Below are positions 11,420 to 24,322 of a stretch of DNA of 64,000 nucleotides, piece by piece. This DNA is from Owenia fusiformis. Lineage: Eukaryota. The stretch spans positions 2,046,001 through 2,110,000 of the forward strand of contig CAIIXF020000001.1 in NCBI GenBank assembly GCA_903813345.2. Reading direction: 5' to 3'. The number at the start of each line of letters is the position of its first letter. The first letter of the stretch is position 1. The notes beneath the pieces are model-generated. The model had not been told where the DNA came from. It did not search any database and saw nothing but the letters and a program-made list of their open reading frames with translations. The position numbers and the translations under genes were made by a program.

Positions 11420-11530
11420 TTACTTACTTCCGGGTTTGGTAGTTTTCTATTTCCGGGTTCCGGTTAACGACAACCCCGGTGAGTCTAAGCGCCATTTTTG
11501 ATTTTGTGTTTTTGTAAAATCAGGTATGTT
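11420..11530. promoter_or_regulatory. Compact bidirectional promoter and first exons shared by the pinocchio-like gene (-) and RBBP8 (+)
   Basis: Three ETS-like TTCCGG cores lie in 11428-11463 and a YY1-like GCGCCATTTT is at 11489. A minus-strand donor GTAAGT is at 11427-11422; plus-strand donors are GTGAGT at 11479 and GTATGT at 11524. Confidence 0.55.
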
Positions 11531-12058
11531 TATTCGTATAACAGTTAAATGATATACAGTTATTGTATGTTCATTGTAAAATAATATATTTAAGCTTTTC
11601 AGAATTCAAAAGAATGGTGAATGGAACATCAGTTCTATTCAATGAGTGAGCAATGACTATTTGAAAGTAACTCTGATATTTTCATGAGCAGATTTTTTAT
11701 GAAACTGAGAGATTATTTTGTGATTGATAGGCTAGTATTGTACAATTTGTATTGGCCCATTACCTCAGTCTTGGGGCGTCAACTCAAACAGGAAATTACC
11801 GATGGTTATGATTTGTCAATGTACAGAATGTTTTGATTTGATGGGCAGTTGGTTGAATTGTCACCCCTTCGTAATTCATTGGATAAATCGAGATGACGGG
11901 TACAAAGACTGAGTTGACAGCACAGATAATGGGAAGTTCTCCATATATCTACCTATACATAACATAAGGGGGGGGGCTTCTGTTCACTATGGTTGACAGG
12001 TACGAAACTGACTTGATGGGTAACAGAAAATGAAATGACCTCTGAGATGACAACACTA

Positions 12059-13680
12059 CAGTGCTCACCATAAATAAATCACACCTGGATTTGCTGAAGT
12101 GAGGATTTCCCATGTTAAAAAGAAGAGAATTTTCAAGTGGCCGTATATTAGTTGTTGAGAGTATACAAAATATAAAATATACAAAACTTAAGGGATGTGT
12201 ATCTAGAGGTCGCAACGGTACTGAAAACCAGTACCGGTAACCGTCACGGTAATAACCGTACCGTTACCGAAATACCGGTAAAAATATGTAAGATAAAATG
12301 CCAATGCGCTGCCACCCCCACTTTGTTCCTAGCTCTCTCTGTAGCTTCTCAAGTCTATATGCATACATGGTGCAAGACCGATTTGAACCCATACTGATGA
12401 ACTTCACGAAATACATGTAGTAAGTACCTATTTTACGAATCAAGATGTATTCTTAGTTTTAAATTAAATATTTCAAACCATTTCTCAACTGTATCAATAG
12501 CAAGTGAACAATTGGACAGCTATTTGTCATCGGCATCGAAGTTTATTGACTGTCTTGAGGTCTGGAAAGTAAACGGAGGAAAATATCCTGATGTGGCGAG
12601 TTTGGCTGAAACATATCATGCTATTCCTGCGTCATCCGTGTCAAGTGAACGTCAGTTCAGTGCAGCTGGCAACATCATCACTTCCAAACGGGCAAGACTT
12701 CAAGCTGAGGTTGTCAATGCCTTGTTGTTCGTAAATGACTATTACAAACATAATTAATAGGACAACTGAAATAGCTTTTCTCAACTTGCAGCTACAAAAA
12801 TGCGGTTTTCTCCATTGTAAGCCCAACGTAGAGTTCTTGCGATAGCCATTATAAAATAAATGTTAGATAACTGCTAACGGTCATAAATAACGAAACAAAA
12901 CTAACTGATCAATCAAATTGGCCCCCACGTGATAAGTAACGTCATATACAAAATATAGCTTTGGTTTGTTGGTTCCTTAGTAATCACAACGTCACGGCAA
13001 CCATAGGATTGTAGTGTAAACCAAAACAAAACATTTAGGCATTATGACGTTATGGGCCACGTGGGGACCAGTGAGAGATCACGTGGGGGCCAATAACGTC
13101 ACAACCAATTCGAATATTGCTTATTAAGCAGCTATAACGATCGTTAGAGTGAAATAGTTTTCGCACTACTGATGAGAAAACATGTCCAAATACATTTATC
13201 AAAAAATTATATTGATTCCTGTAGGTTAAAAATACCATTTCATATCTGCTTTAAGTTTCTGGATCTGACGTTGACACTACAACTACACCTGAACAGCCAA
13301 ACATAATTACAACCAAATCTGAGCCTAAGCATGAAGCTACTACACCCGAACTGCCAAACATGGACATCACACCTGAACTGCCAAACATGGACATCTAAAT
13401 GTCTATGTAAATGCACGCATCGTGAAAGTGGAAATTAAACGAATTAATTAAAAAACGATGTGTCTTTTATTTCCCCGGGGATTATCGTCGGTTAACCGGT
13501 TAACCGGTTAATAATTTCAATACCGGTAAATGCTCAATTCCGTACCGAAGCCGTATAACCGGAATTACCGTCAGCCTCTATGTGTATCTAGACATTATTG
13601 GAAAGTATCAAGTCTCAAATCACCATGGTTTGGGAATAGTGATAGAAAATCAAGATGCCATTTATTTATGGTGAGCACTG
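12059..13680. mobile_element. Tc1-type MITE (about 240 bp) split by a hAT insertion
   Basis: TA|CAGTGCTCACCATAAATAAAT ... ATTTATTTATGGTGAGCACTG|TA. Confidence 0.8.
12204..13580 (+). mobile_element. Internally deleted hAT transposon retaining the C-terminal dimerization domain
   Basis: TAGAGG...CCTCTA ends and an 8-bp TSD TGTGTATC (12196-12203, 13581-13588). Subterminal ACCGGTAACCG-type motifs. ORF 12512-12757 reads WK...YP..ASLA..Y.AIPASSVSSERQFSAAG.IITSKRARL, the hATC signature. Confidence 0.92.
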
Positions 13681-13922
13681 TATTGTTAAAACTTTTGCCG
13701 ATATGGATGCTGGTTTTATGGTCTTAGACTATCATTCACTTTGTGTATTCACTTTGATATCTAAAATATTTGAGCTTTAGAGTGCAAAATTGAGGTCACA
13801 GGAATTGGTACTGAGATGTCAGATAGTAGACCTGACATGACTGGTAACACACATGCATATGTTGAACTGACTCGGTGGGTAGCTCCGGTATTTCCTGGAA
13901 AAGTATTCAGATGACAGCATAA

Positions 13923-14174
13923 CATCCTCCTAAGCAGGTGTCCAGAATCCGTACCACCTTCTTCCCCCCGCTATAACCAATTTGGAAGCGCCCAATTAAA
14001 CTGAATCACGTGATCTAATTATGCGCAATGACTCACTTATACATGATTTCTGTCGCAGTGTTGCGACAGCCAATCAGATTGTGAGTTCTTAATCGGGGAA
14101 ATGCTAACTGCTTATCGCAGGGGGTAAAAAGAAAGAATATACCCTGGATTTTGAAGCCCTGTGATCGGAGGATG
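13923..14174. mobile_element. MITE with imperfect TIRs and a 9-bp TSD (MULE-like)
   Basis: CATCCTCC...GGAGGATG ends, with ACAGCATAA at 13914-13922 and 14175-14183. Confidence 0.6.
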
Positions 14175-14733
14175 ACAGCATAATAGCGACACCCATTTTA
14201 AGACAAATGCATTACTAAGGCAAAATTCTAGAAAGTTGAATTAAAATATTTATTTGAATATAGGTTTTAGTTGATAGTTTGAGGCCACATGAGTCCATGT
14301 GCAAGAAGAGATTGTAACTATGGTTTCATTTAATCCAGGATAAAGAGTGTGTTGTGACCACAAGTCAGTAGAGCTAGGTTTTCATGAAAATAGCGTCTAG
14401 AAATATTTTGTATCAGGCTTATGGTATTAGTCTTATGAAAGATTTGCTATATGACCATCTTTGGCAGTTGTGTAGTGTACAAGGCTACAGACTATCACTC
14501 TAGATTCTTGGTATAATTGGTTATTTATAGAGCGAAACAGAATTACTAATGTACTATAAACAAGCCCATCACAATCAGATGTCATATGGATTTATATTTG
14601 CCAGCATGGAGCAGTTCAATGGTATGGCTACCCAGTGGAAGTATCATTCAAATACTAGAATAAGCAAAGAAACACATAGGATAATTACAGTGTATTTCAT
14701 TTTCAGGGCTAAATACTTAATGGATCAACAATC

Positions 14734-17700
14734 ATGGACATGGACTTATCAGCCAATAGAGATGGAACATCATCAATGATAGGACAGTTTGAGATATTTT
14801 GTCAAAAGGCAGCTGACACATATAAGCAGCATGTTCAAGGTAAATCGTTGATTAAATATATGTGTGCTCAAAAGGCTCTTGGATTCAGGCTCAACAAGTC
14901 AGGGAATACAATCAGGGTTGGGGAACAAGGGGTTAACAAATCAGGGAATATAATAGGATTGGGGAACAAGGGGTTAACAAATCAGGGAATATAATAGGGA
15001 TTTGGGAACAAGGGTTAACAAATCAGGGAATATAATAGGGATTGGGGAAAAAGGGGTTAACAAATCAGGGAATATAATAGGATCGGGGAACAAGGGGTTA
15101 ACAAATCAGGGAATATAATAGGATCAGGGTACAAGGGGTTAACAAATCAGGGAATATAATAGGATCTGGGAACAAGGGGTTAACAAATCAGGGAATATAA
15201 TAGGATCTGGGAACAAGGGGTTAACAAGTCAGGGAATACAATCAGGATCTGGGAACAAGGGGTTAACAAATCAGGGAATATAAAAGGATCTGGGAACAAA
15301 GGGTTAACAAATTAGGGAATGTAATAGGATCAGGGAACAAGGGGTTAACAAATCAGGGAATGTATATCACATTTTTAGTATTGCAGTGCTTTGGAGTTGA
15401 TAACCATAACTGTTCTAAAATTGTGGCTTCTAAAAACCATACAGATGCCAGTTTTGACCATTTGCCTCTATTCCCTATGAGGACAAATTCTTTACTCATT
15501 TCCGCTAAGACTGACCAATTTGAAATTATGAAAATAATTCTCTCCTTAGATACCTCCAAAGCATGCGGGCCAGATAATATCACAAACAAAATGTTGAACC
15601 TTACAGCTCATACCACTTCAAAACCTCTTACCATATTATTTAATAAACTTCTAACTAAATGCACTTATCCAGATATTTGGAAAATAGGCAATGTTTGTCC
15701 AATCTTTAAAAAAAATGATGAATCAAATGTTAATAACTACAGACTTATCACCTTGCTAAGCTCCATATCCAAAGTTTTTGAAAAGGTTCTTGCTGACAGA
15801 ATCAGAAAACACTTACTTGATAATGATCTTCTTTTTAAGTATCAGTCCGGATTTTTACCTGGCCATAGCACCATTCATCAACTTTTATCTATCGAGCATT
15901 TTCATCAAACTACTTTTGAACAAGGACAAGCCTCCAAAACAATATTTTTGGACGTAGCGGCCGCTTTTGACCGGGTTCCGCACTCGTTACTCCTCCATAA
16001 ACTCAAGGCGTATGGTTTTCAAGGTCAAATCCTTAAAATGATCACATCTTATCTTACCAACAGGAAAATTGCTGTTCAAATTTCTGGTGAGACCTCCAAT
16101 TACTCAGAAACTAATTTTATAAACTGCGGTGTCCCACAGGGCTCAATACTAGGGCCAATACTTTTTCTAATATATATTAATGACCTTCCAGACAATCTGG
16201 ATGGTCATTGCTACATTTATGCAGATGATACCTCATTACACCATCCTTTTGACCCAAAACAACCACAACAAATAGAAGCAGTGGTAAAATCCAATCTAAT
16301 TAAAGTAGAAGAATGGTCTAACACTTGGAAACTTGATTTTAAACCGGAGAAGAGTTCCGAGATGATTTTTCACTCACCTAGAACAAAAACTGATAATGTG
16401 TCAACTTCAAAACTAAACAATATACAATTCAAAAGAGATACCGAGCACAAACATTTAGGACTCATTTTTGACCCATGTTTATCTTATGATAAGCATATTG
16501 GTGATTTACTAGTCAAAATAAGAAAAATGTTAAACCCATTAAAGAAACACAAATTCAAGCTTGGGAGCAAGCACCTAGAAACAATCTTCAACTCATTCAT
16601 TCTTCCTCACTTTGATTATGGTGCCATTTTATATGGCACAGCTTCTAAATTTCTTTTGCGAAGACTCGATAGTCTATATTACACAGCGGCACTCTATTGT
16701 TCTGGCTGCATCCAAGGGAGCAGTACAGAAAAGGTCCTAAGTCTCCTAAACTGGCCAACACTTGAATCTAGACGTAGAATACAATCAAATAATTTTATGT
16801 TCAAAGTTGCCAATGGTACAAGTCCCTCATATATCACAGACATTTTTGATAAGTATAGTAATGTTAGGAACAGAAACTTGAGATACATTGATCCATTCAA
16901 ATTGCCATAAGATGCTCTGCTAGATTCTCATCCTCAGCAATACCTTCTGCAATCTCAAAATGGCTAGAGCTCCCCCCTTCTATTAAAACCAAGAAAACTC
17001 TTCATAATTTCAAAAAACACCAACGGCTTTTCCTCCAAAACCCCTCTAAAATTTTGACCACAAGTCAACTCAATCTTTCTAGACGGCATGAGATAGTGGT
17101 GAATAAAGTAAGAGCTGACTTATTTTTTAAAGCTCAATTTTATGCCCATAATTTTAACTCTGTTGACAGCCCTAATTGTGCTTGTGGCAGCTCTCAAACC
17201 TTAAAGCATATTCTTTTCCAGTGCAATCGCTTAACCTTAGTAAGACAGGATCTCTGGGATAAACTTGCTGAATTAGAACCTTCTCTCAATAATAATCTTC
17301 CCCAGTATGATTTTATCTCCATTTTGAAAACAGGAAGCCCAAACTTAAGCATAGATGTAAACTCTAAAGCCATTTCACTGATACTTGACTTCATTATAGA
17401 CAATAGCTAATTCCCTCCCTCATGTCTCTCTCTCTGATATCCTGTTGTCCTGTCACACCTGCTCCGGTCCGGGACCCTGTCTGCCTGCCACCCCCAGCCT
17501 CTCACCATTCCTATATAATGCCCTCTGGCGATTTAGGGATGCTATTGTAATTGTATTTTAAACTATATCAATGAAATAAATAAATAATAAAAAAAAAATT
17601 GTGGCTTATTTTGATTTCACAAACATCACTAGAAATATCTGATTCTTGTTGTGCAATAATAAAGATATTGTAAATTATATTTTCAGAGCTAGAGACACAG

Positions 17701-20700
17701 AAGTCAGATCTCATCACAAAATATGAAGAGTGTAACAGAGAAATAGACAGGTATGAATTCACAGGGAGCATGGTCCAGGATGCAGAAAGAAAAAACATTA
17801 TAACTTGTCTTTATAAATCTTTGAAATAGATTGCACATGTACTTGAAAACTATAAAAATATCTTATTTAATAAATACAGTTTTGTTTTTCCAGGCTGAGT
17901 AGCAAGATCACTTGTCTTGAAGAGGAGAATGTATCATTGAAAAGACTGAATGAGACATTAATATCAAAGCATGCTAAACTACTGCAGAAAAATGGGTAAG
18001 TACATCTGTACGAGCATCATACATTTGGGAAACTTCACCATAATGAAAAGGATACAACTATGCATTCATTGATCAAATTGTATTAGATATATTTTTCTTT
18101 TCTCAATATCACTTAATTTTTTCTAGTTATGCCCCTTCACCTGTTGCAATGTTTTTCACCATAATGTGTTCTTGTGTTCATTTGAAAGCAAAGTATTTTT
18201 TTAAGCCATTTATAAAAGATCAATTTACAAATGCTGTACAAGTGAGCCTCTGAACCCACCAATACTAAATAGAGCCTGATGTTCCTGAAAGAGGGGTTTC
18301 TTTTAATATCGTAAACATGTATCTGAATGAATGTCAAAATGTAAAATGATTGGTCCAACTCCAATTCAGAAAACTAAAGTAATTTGAATAATTTCAAGGT
18401 AACTACTTGGCTCATGTTTAACTGAACCAATGTGTGAACAAATGCCTGAACCAGTGTCCTTATATTTTAGAGTCAGCACCAATGGGGCACAGAATAACAT
18501 TTTGAGGGAACGAGATCAGCTGAGAGAATTTCCAGAAATAAAACAAGCACATCTTAAAGTCCTTGGTAAGCAACTAAGCATTTTGCCTGTATATATATCT
18601 TTATTTTTACACCTTATTTATGATACATTAGAATGTTGAGAGTACTAAATGCATAAATCATTGAAATTATCAATTTTAATTGTTATGATGACAAATAAAA
18701 TAGTTTGGTCAAGTGTACCAGTGTTGCATTCTGAGTATTCCAGATATTTTTCACATCTAACATGTGTAATGCAATTTGCAGGGGGGAACCACGTATGTGC
18801 TAAAAATGATGGATCCCAAAGGATGGAACAGTTACGAAATGCTCCTCTGAAAGACCAATTAGCCAGTCAAACAAAACAAGGTCAATTGGATGAAGAGGTA
18901 AATAGTTATATGTGTTTATATATTTTTAAAAACTTAAAAGTTGCTCTCTTTCAAGAATAAATGAAAATGATGTTCACTTTCAAAATATAATTAGGGCTAA
19001 ATGGACTTTTGCCCGTCAACAATTTAATGGTCCAATGGTATGGTTTTTGACATTCCAATGCAAGTAACAATAGGCACTGGAAAGGACCTCAGTGGCTTAT
19101 AATGTTTTTTAACAAAGCCGCTCATATGTACCTGTATGTATTATTATTATTTGATTTATGGAAATAAAGTTATGATAAAAAAAGGACCCCACTTTTTATT
19201 CTTTTTCTTTGTCTTTTGTCATTTGATTTTTTGATTCTATTTTCAAGAATGATGGGTTATCTGAAAATACAGAATGTTTGGAGAAAAAGCTAAAGCTACG
19301 CAAAAATAATCTGAGAAAGAAAAGATACAAAGAGGTATAGTACTGAATGTTTAGCATATTGTTATGTTCTTTTGATAGATTCACAGATTTATCATAATGG
19401 TAAATTTTTCAACATATTTGAAATTGCAGAATTTTTGATTTTGCAGAATTTAGAGAATCTATTGATCATTGCAGGACATTATACAATATTTAGAAAATTC
19501 AAATCCTCACATTATCCTCAACAGTCGTAAAATAATTGAATTTTTGTCATAATTTTTTGTTTAAGTTTTAATATATGGAGGATTTCTGAAAATAAACTGC
19601 ACCGTTGGGATTTACATTTGATTATAAAATTTCAGGAGAAGTCCCCACCAGAACTAAAGAGGAAAACTACATTCACTGAACAACCTAGTGCTGCGATTAA
19701 GAAATCCCGCCTTGAAGCAGACCTCTACGTACCTGAGACAATGGACTTAGATATGGAAATACCAACAAGACTGGTTAAAAGTGAGAAAAAATCTGCAATA
19801 ATCATTCCTGAAACTGTTCCTATGGATATACTAGATGAAGTGGACTCAATGGAATATACACCATTTTCTCAATCGAATTCTCAAATGAATTTAAAATGTC
19901 TGAAAAAACAAACTCAAGTTAATGATGTGGACTCAAGAACATGTAGGTCATTTAAACCACCTCCAATAGCTCCATCATTATCCAGTACCCCAATAGAGGT
20001 AAAATCCCAGAATGCCGTGAAACCAACAAGTTCTTTACACATGACTGAATTCAGTGCAATAGCCCATGATAGCGATAATGAATCTGAGTCAGATGAAATG
20101 AGTACAAGGATTTTAGATAATGCTCCTGCTTCCCCTCCCAGTTCACCCGTATTTGGAAGCAACAACAACACATCTAGTGAACATGCCTTGCCAAACATAA
20201 CACATTCCCCATTGTTCAAGGATGAGCATGACCCAGATATCATAGAAAAGACTGCCAGTTTCAATATTGAAAAACCAGAGATATCAGGCAATGATATCAA
20301 TACAAGAAAAGACAAGCCCCCGCTGCCACCAAATATTGAATCACTCTTTGAACCACCTGAGGAAGAATCGGATTCACAGTCACCATTACTCCTGAAAAGA
20401 AACCAGAATAAAAATTCTGTTAGGGTTGGAGTTAAAAACAATACAGAAACATCCAAATCTTCTCCATCTGTGCTAAGTGGAAAGTCAAAACCGTTAACAA
20501 ACGCAACATATGAAGAAGATCAAGAGCCACATGATTGGTTACGTAAAACGAGGTCAAACACAAAACATTCACAAAGCTCATCTCAAGGTTCAAAACACTC
20601 ACAGGAACAACTCTCAGGGCATGTAAAACCAAAGGGGAAATCTAAAAGAAAAGTTAAAAAAGATGATAAAAATCTTCTTCAGACAACAATGACTCAATTA

Positions 20701-23545
20701 TTTGACTCAGTGGAGAAGAAAAAGAAATCAAAGCGAAATCAAAATAAATCAGATGTTCTTGAAACCAAATTTCACAGTTCACAAAGTGAAAACAAAAATA
20801 AGTCAAAAGAAAGTCGAAACAATGACAGTCCAAGTAAGAAAGAAACAAGTGCCGACAAATTAAAGTTTGATAGAGAATTAAGAGCAGCAATGAGGAACTC
20901 TTTAAAGGAAACAACTAACATAACTGATAATGTAACTGATAACCCAACATTAGAAAACACAAGGGATGAGACTAATCTACCACATACTGACATTAGAAAT
21001 GATCAACTTGATACATATGACTCTGATGAAACATGCATCACGCAACACAACAAATCAAGAAAACTAAAGAAGATAGAGAAAGAAAAACTAGTCAATAGAG
21101 ACAATAGTGAACATGGATTCAATTTCAAAAAGCCATGTACTCCAAAGAAATGTATTCAATCTGAGAACTTGTCTCCAAGAAGGAGTCCAAGATTGTTAAA
21201 ACATCACCATGATCAGGAAAATGATGAGGGCTCACTTCCTGATATTGACATTAATAAAAAGTTAAAAGGAAAAGTGAAACGTAAGATCTTGAAGTCTAAG
21301 AAAAAATTAGAACCAAGTTTAAACATTGAACCCTCTAATCCTGGACATATAGATTTAAATGGGACCATTGATCCAAACTTGAGACTGACACAGTTTGAGG
21401 ATTCAAATAAAGATGGTGCTGTTGCAACTATTGTTGCCATGGAAACGTACAATTCTGATATGAGCTCTGAATTTCTTGACCAGCCTGGGAATATAGGGAC
21501 ACCTGTAATAGGACCACCTGTTGAGTTAGAGGGGTCTGAAATGGAGAAGTCCCAAGCCATTTCCTCATCGTGTGCGAGTGTAACATTTGGTCGGGTGTCC
21601 ACTCACTTTGAAAATCATGAAGAAGACCAGGATGAGAGCTCTCAGGATATATTTGGTGAAAATAAAGGTCAGTTGGAAATATTTTGATTTTTAATTCCTT
21701 AATAACATGATGGATATTATTTGATTTTACACATAAAATACATTGTAGAGTTCAACAAGTTAAACATAGCAAGCCTTATTGACTAATCTGAGTTGGCTAG
21801 GTTTAATGTCTGCTAATCTCACCCTTGGAGCTAGGCCTGAAAAAATGATATGGTGTTTAGTTTTTTGAGGATGAATTTATCCTTGCATCAAGCCATCAAC
21901 ATATTACTATATTATACGCATCTATGATCATGTCTTGTTAACCATGTTATTGATATACCCATTTAAAGCATGCATTTATGGCTTTCAGGAGAGGACAGAA
22001 ATGATGCTACCTGTCCTATGGAATCCTTCCATGACAGCTTTGACCAGTAAGTTTCCCAACATTACAATGCTTCATGCTCTGGAGTGACTTGCCTTCACAT
22101 ATTATTAACTCACCACAAATCAGCATTTCTCTGTCCACATTGGAGTGATGCATTATCACTTTTTATGATGAAATGAAAAAAGAAAATGATTTTCAGACAT
22201 TCAGTAATTTAAAAGAGTATAACAGGAAATTTAAATAGATTCAAAAATACTCCTTAAGTCCTTGCTATTGCCAACATTAATGACAATTAGAGTCAGAGAG
22301 AACCAGAAAAGATATTAGCATTGATATTAGATTAGATATTAGAAATGATTTATTACTTCATGTTGAAGGTTACCCAAACAGGCAGATGGAAAGCCTGACT
22401 ATGCACATGTGGAGGTGGTCAGAAAACATGCTGAGCGAAGGAAACTTAAAGGATTCTGTTGTAAAGAGTGTGCTAAGGTATTTATTAATTAATATGTTAA
22501 AACCCAATTGAAAGTATATTGCATACAAAAATAAAATAAATTATTGCAAAAAATCAGAGGTGGGTGGCAGGGTTCAAAACTGACTGCAAATGGCAATCAA
22601 TTATAACAATAAAGTAGGAAGACAGTTGCCTATTGGACAATGGACTGAATGGCAATATGTTAAATTTGGCAATCATGAACCCTGATGGATTGGGCTTAAA
22701 AGAATGTTCTTTATTCAACGTTAAATCCAAAATATTAACCTTGACTTTCCTTTTCAGTATTTGGATACTCTAGCCTTGACAGATTCACAGAAAAAGGAGC
22801 GTTTGAAGGCGCAATCTCGCCACCGTGGCCAGTTTGAAGCTCCCAGCACCCCAGAGCACTTCTGGTCTATAGGCATGCAAGATACACCTGAAGTTTTAGA
22901 GAATGGTAATCTGTGAACTGTCTTTCACTTACTCCTAAATTGATAATACAGGGTACCCAGTCTCTTTACACAGAATTTGTATTGTAATTGTAAGAAGACT
23001 TTAGGGACACCTTGTATTAAAAGATGTATATGCACATAATGATAATGTTTCATGTGCATGTATGAAAGCAGGAAGGATTTTCTCTTACTAAAAGGATATA
23101 TAGTACTATAGAATGATAGAAACACTATTGTAATCCATTAATGAAAGGCATTGTAATGAGTGTTATTCTGATGCCTAACCCCAAAGACTAAAACCCTTAA
23201 AGGATAATGCCTTGTATTGATTCTACACCATAGGGTGCATAGAACCAAAGTAACAATTGTATTGATAAAGATTCTCTATTATGTACAAAAATTGCTAAGA
23301 TGACATAATTGGTCATTTTGTGTAATATCTACCACAATTAATTTGATGTTGGCAAGTTTTTCACATATGAAGAAATATTTCCAGAGTATGGCGGCTACAT
23401 GGCAGTGGAGACAAAGAGTCAGGTGAAAGAGAGGCCACGGAGACGTCGTCCCTTCAACAAGATGTTTACAACAGAAAGGGAAGACAATCAATTGAATGAT
23501 GATGATGAACAGTCAGAAAATGAAAGTCCACTTGAGGACTTGTAA
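14734..23545 (+). CDS. RBBP8: DNA endonuclease RBBP8/CtIP. Approximate exons: 14734-14839, 17687-17750, 17894-17995, 18471-18565, 18782-18897, 19248-19334, 19636-21667, 21989-22046, 22369-22477, 22758-22905, 23385-23545
   Basis: The Sae2/CtIP C-terminal domain assembles across introns as HVEVVRKHAERRKLKGFCCKEC, SRHR...PSTPEHFWSIG and RPRRRRPFNKMF. The N-terminal exons encode a coiled coil, and the large disordered exon contains SSPVFG. The N-terminal exon set is less certain than the C-terminal one. Confidence 0.88.
14890..15362. repeat. Minisatellite, unit about 41-43 bp, about 11 copies, in an RBBP8 intron
   Basis: Unit approximately AACAAATCAGGGAATATAATAGGATCTGGGAACAAGGGGTT. Confidence 0.9.
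15430..17594 (+). mobile_element. 5'-truncated non-LTR retrotransposon (CR1/L2-like LINE): reverse transcriptase plus C-terminal Cys/His motif, disrupted near 16910
   Basis: RT motifs QSGF, FLDVAAAFDRV, GVPQGSILGP and YADD. The downstream ORF 17054-17410 has SPNCACG...HILFQC. There is an AATA/poly-A tail at 17575-17598 and a 13-bp TSD AAAATTGTGGCTT at 15417-15429 and 17595-17607. Confidence 0.93.
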
Positions 23546-24171
23546 AAATTGAGTTTCAGTATACATGTACTATATTGAGTACATGTCAGTAACACTTGCC
23601 TAATCTGAACGCCACTTGGGCCAGCCAAAATGTTGAGATTAGTGGGTGTTCAGTCATTTGAGAATTTTTTCTAATAATTTATTTATGTCCATGGAGAGAC
23701 CAAGAAAAAGTCTTCATATTAGAAAGGTGTTCTGATATACAGGTTTCACTGTATGTATTAAATTAATTCAATGTGCACATAAGATTTGCTAAAATCAACC
23801 TGATTTTCAATTTTGGATACATTCACTAGACTGGGAGGTGAATTTAATAGATCTATAATTTTATAAGGCTAGTAGGATACAAGCCATAGTACATTAAATC
23901 ATCCATAATTAACTGAGTCAAAGACTATATTATTTGCATACATTGTAAAATATTTTGTATAGTATCAATAAAAAGAGTGAAATTATAACTTTTTTGCAAG
24001 GGTCTTGCAAAATAGCCATTCACTCGGTTGTAAAATATAATATAATATAAATAAACAAAGATTTTCATAAATTGTCCATGATATAAATTATTTATATTTT
24101 TATTTGTATAATAAAAATACAAAATGCTCAGGAAATATGTGTTGTGTTGGATAAGATCAATGAAAATAATA

Positions 24172-24322
24172 TTTATGTCACCACCAAGAAATGGTGACAT
24201 ATTGTTATTAATGTAAAAGGCTCTGCTTTTAGGTGACCAGAGTTTGGCATCTGTGACATATTGTTACACTTTTGTAACCATTTTCAATAACCTACCAGGT
24301 GGTGACATTTTGTCACGTTTTA
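24172..24322 (-). mobile_element. Short Helentron-associated (HINE-like) element
   Basis: The reverse strand reads GTGACAAAATGTCACCACC ... AATATGTCACCATTTCTTGGTGGTGACATAAA, the same end motifs as the elements at 36146 and 47007. Confidence 0.6.

Noticed and set aside
15360..16910. Domesticated or stand-alone reverse transcriptase gene
   Set aside because: The TSD, tail, 5' truncation and downstream lesion identify an ordinary LINE insertion.
19914..21602. Minus-strand ORFs of 66-180 aa
   Set aside because: Antisense shadows of the large RBBP8 exon. The same applies to the ORFs opposite hunchback and to plus-strand ORFs over WASHC2 exons such as 41179-41739.
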